DNA of 64,000 nucleotides, taken from positions 1,062,794 through 1,126,793 of the forward strand of contig CBDCXW010000008.1 in assembly GCA_965223945.1 (NCBI GenBank), given 5' to 3'. The notes under the pieces were generated by a model that was given only the letters and a program-made list of their open reading frames with translations, searched no databases and was not told where the DNA came from. This DNA comes from Dehalococcoidia bacterium (GTDB taxonomy: Bacteria; Chloroflexota; Dehalococcoidia; Lucifugimonadales; CATQGZ01). The position numbers and the translations under genes were made by a program. Shown here piece by piece: positions 62,857 to 64,000 of the stretch (position 1 is the first letter of the stretch; each line of letters starts with the position of its first letter).

Positions 62857-63597
62857 TTGAGCGATGCAAACGACAAGGGGTCGGAGACCAAGGACCAAGA
62901 GGGCATTTTCAGGCGGCTTGAGCAGCACGTCCAGGGGAAGACGATGTCTGGGCTCCTCGCGCTTGTGCCGGTGCTCATCACAGCCATCGTCATCTACTTC
63001 ATCATAGACAAAGCCGACGCCTTCCTAAGGCCCATGTTGGCGAACATCGAGATAACAGTCGGAACGGACCTGGACACGGGAGCCGACCGCACCATACGGC
63101 CCTTGGACTTTCCTGGAGTCGGGATTATCGCGGCCGTATTGATCTTCTATTTCCTCGGACTCCTGGTCTCTGCGGGCTTAGGCTTGAAGGCAGTGGACTG
63201 GATAGGCGCCGCGTTGCGTCGCATCCCAGTCGTCAAGGTCATATATGGAGTCACTGAGCAGGCGACCGCGGCTCTCACCTCGAAGTACAATTTCAGCCGG
63301 GTCGTATTCCTGGAGTGGCCCCGCGAAGGGATGATCGCCATGGGCTTTGTGACTGGCCGCATGTACTCCCGCGAAAGGGACATGTCTCTGGTCGTCGTAT
63401 ATGTTCCCACAGTCCCCAATCCGACGTCTGGGAACATGGCCTTCGTCGACGAGGACGATGTGGTCGAGACTGACTTGACGGTTGAGTATGCCATGAAGCT
63501 CGTATTCTCAGGCGGCATAGTCTTGCCCAAGAGCATGTCAATGGCCAGGGTCCGAGACAGCGACATCGGGTTCATCGGCCGCTTCGAGACGGACTGA
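62857..63597 (+). CDS. DUF502-family membrane protein
   Basis: IPVVKVIYGVTEQ...VVYVPTVPNPTSGNMAFV motif pair. Confidence 0.8.
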   Translation: MSDANDKGSETKDQEGIFRRLEQHVQGKTMSGLLALVPVLITAIVIYFIIDKADAFLRPMLANIEITVGTDLDTGADRTIRPLDFPGVGIIAAVLIFYFLGLLVSAGLGLKAVDWIGAALRRIPVVKVIYGVTEQATAALTSKYNFSRVVFLEWPREGMIAMGFVTGRMYSRERDMSLVVVYVPTVPNPTSGNMAFVDEDDVVETDLTVEYAMKLVFSGGIVLPKSMSMARVRDSDIGFIGRFETD

Positions 63598-63598
63598 C

Positions 63599-64000
63599 TC
63601 AGGCCAGACGCCTCTCGAACCATATCGTCTCTGATGTCTTCCTGAAACCCAGCTTGTCGTAGAGCTTCCGCGCCGGCACGTTCAGGGAATCCACCTCGAG
63701 CTCGATGCCCTCAACGCCCTTTCCCCTGAGGAAGGTCATGCCCGCGGCGAGAGCGGCCCTGCCGATTCCCTCGCCGCGATACTCCGGGCGTACGCCGACC
63801 ATCGATATCCATCCGATCGATCCGAACCGGTTCTCGGATCGAGTGGTCCAGCAGTAGGCGGCGGGTATGTCCGAGTCCAGGATGAGCAGGATGCCTTCCG
63901 GGTCCGACCTGCTCATTCGGACCCGGAAGGCGACCTCATCTACCGTGTTTGGGCAGAACCCCCACGTATCGCCGAAGGCCGCGTTCTGAAGGTCCGTAAG
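63599..64000 (-). CDS. GNAT N-acetyltransferase, 5' end beyond the window
   Basis: VGVRPEYRGEGIGRAAL acetyl-CoA motif. The frame stays open upstream of the listed Met through to the window edge. Confidence 0.75.
   Translation of the reverse strand, partial: LTDLQNAAFGDTWGFCPNTVDEVAFRVRMSRSDPEGILLILDSDIPAAYCWTTRSENRFGSIGWISMVGVRPEYRGEGIGRAALAAGMTFLRGKGVEGIELEVDSLNVPARKLYDKLGFRKTSETIWFERRLA

Overview
High-GC bacterial chromosomal window. Gene content (F420 glutamate ligase, sarcosine oxidase, tungsten-type AOR, PaREP1-like protein, abundant REP-like palindromes) fits a Chloroflexota/SAR202-like marine heterotroph, but that is inference only. There are about 55 credible CDS. Left third: soxBDAG sarcosine oxidase operon, leuB, an Ldh2-family dehydrogenase, cofE, a CitE-like lyase, folB and valS. 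Middle (23.4-42.6 kb, all minus strand): one long formate/aldehyde and Mo/W-cofactor cluster in the order hydrolase, fumC, RDD, fhs, moeA, TIMP-like, moeA::PBP, mobA, moaD-like, aor, fdsG, fdsB, [hicB hicA], fdsA, hypothetical, ilvD-like. Right third: ltaE, PTER-like, HpcH aldolase, ridA, rarA, selA, coaE, a CbbQ/NorQ AAA+ - NUDIX - giant vWA cassette, lepA, folE, and glycosyltransferase/GNAT genes. The accessory load is high. Three different complete IS elements (IS630, IS5/IS427-group, IS1380) have inverted repeats and target duplications readable in the sequence. Of five toxin-antitoxin loci, four are decayed or orphan. There are also two other gene remnants, a 161-bp tandem triplication and two families of palindromic REP-like elements. 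The most unusual non-coding signal is a set of helically phased TGGRACA heptamer arrays. A roughly 55-nt module of these is conserved at two loci, each upstream of and co-oriented with a downstream gene (valS and the long minus-strand operon). The best candidate for an uncharacterised protein system is the AAA+/NUDIX/vWA cassette, which has no recognisable client enzyme. No rRNA, tRNA or CRISPR array was recognised by eye. All homology calls are from memory of family motifs, not from searches.
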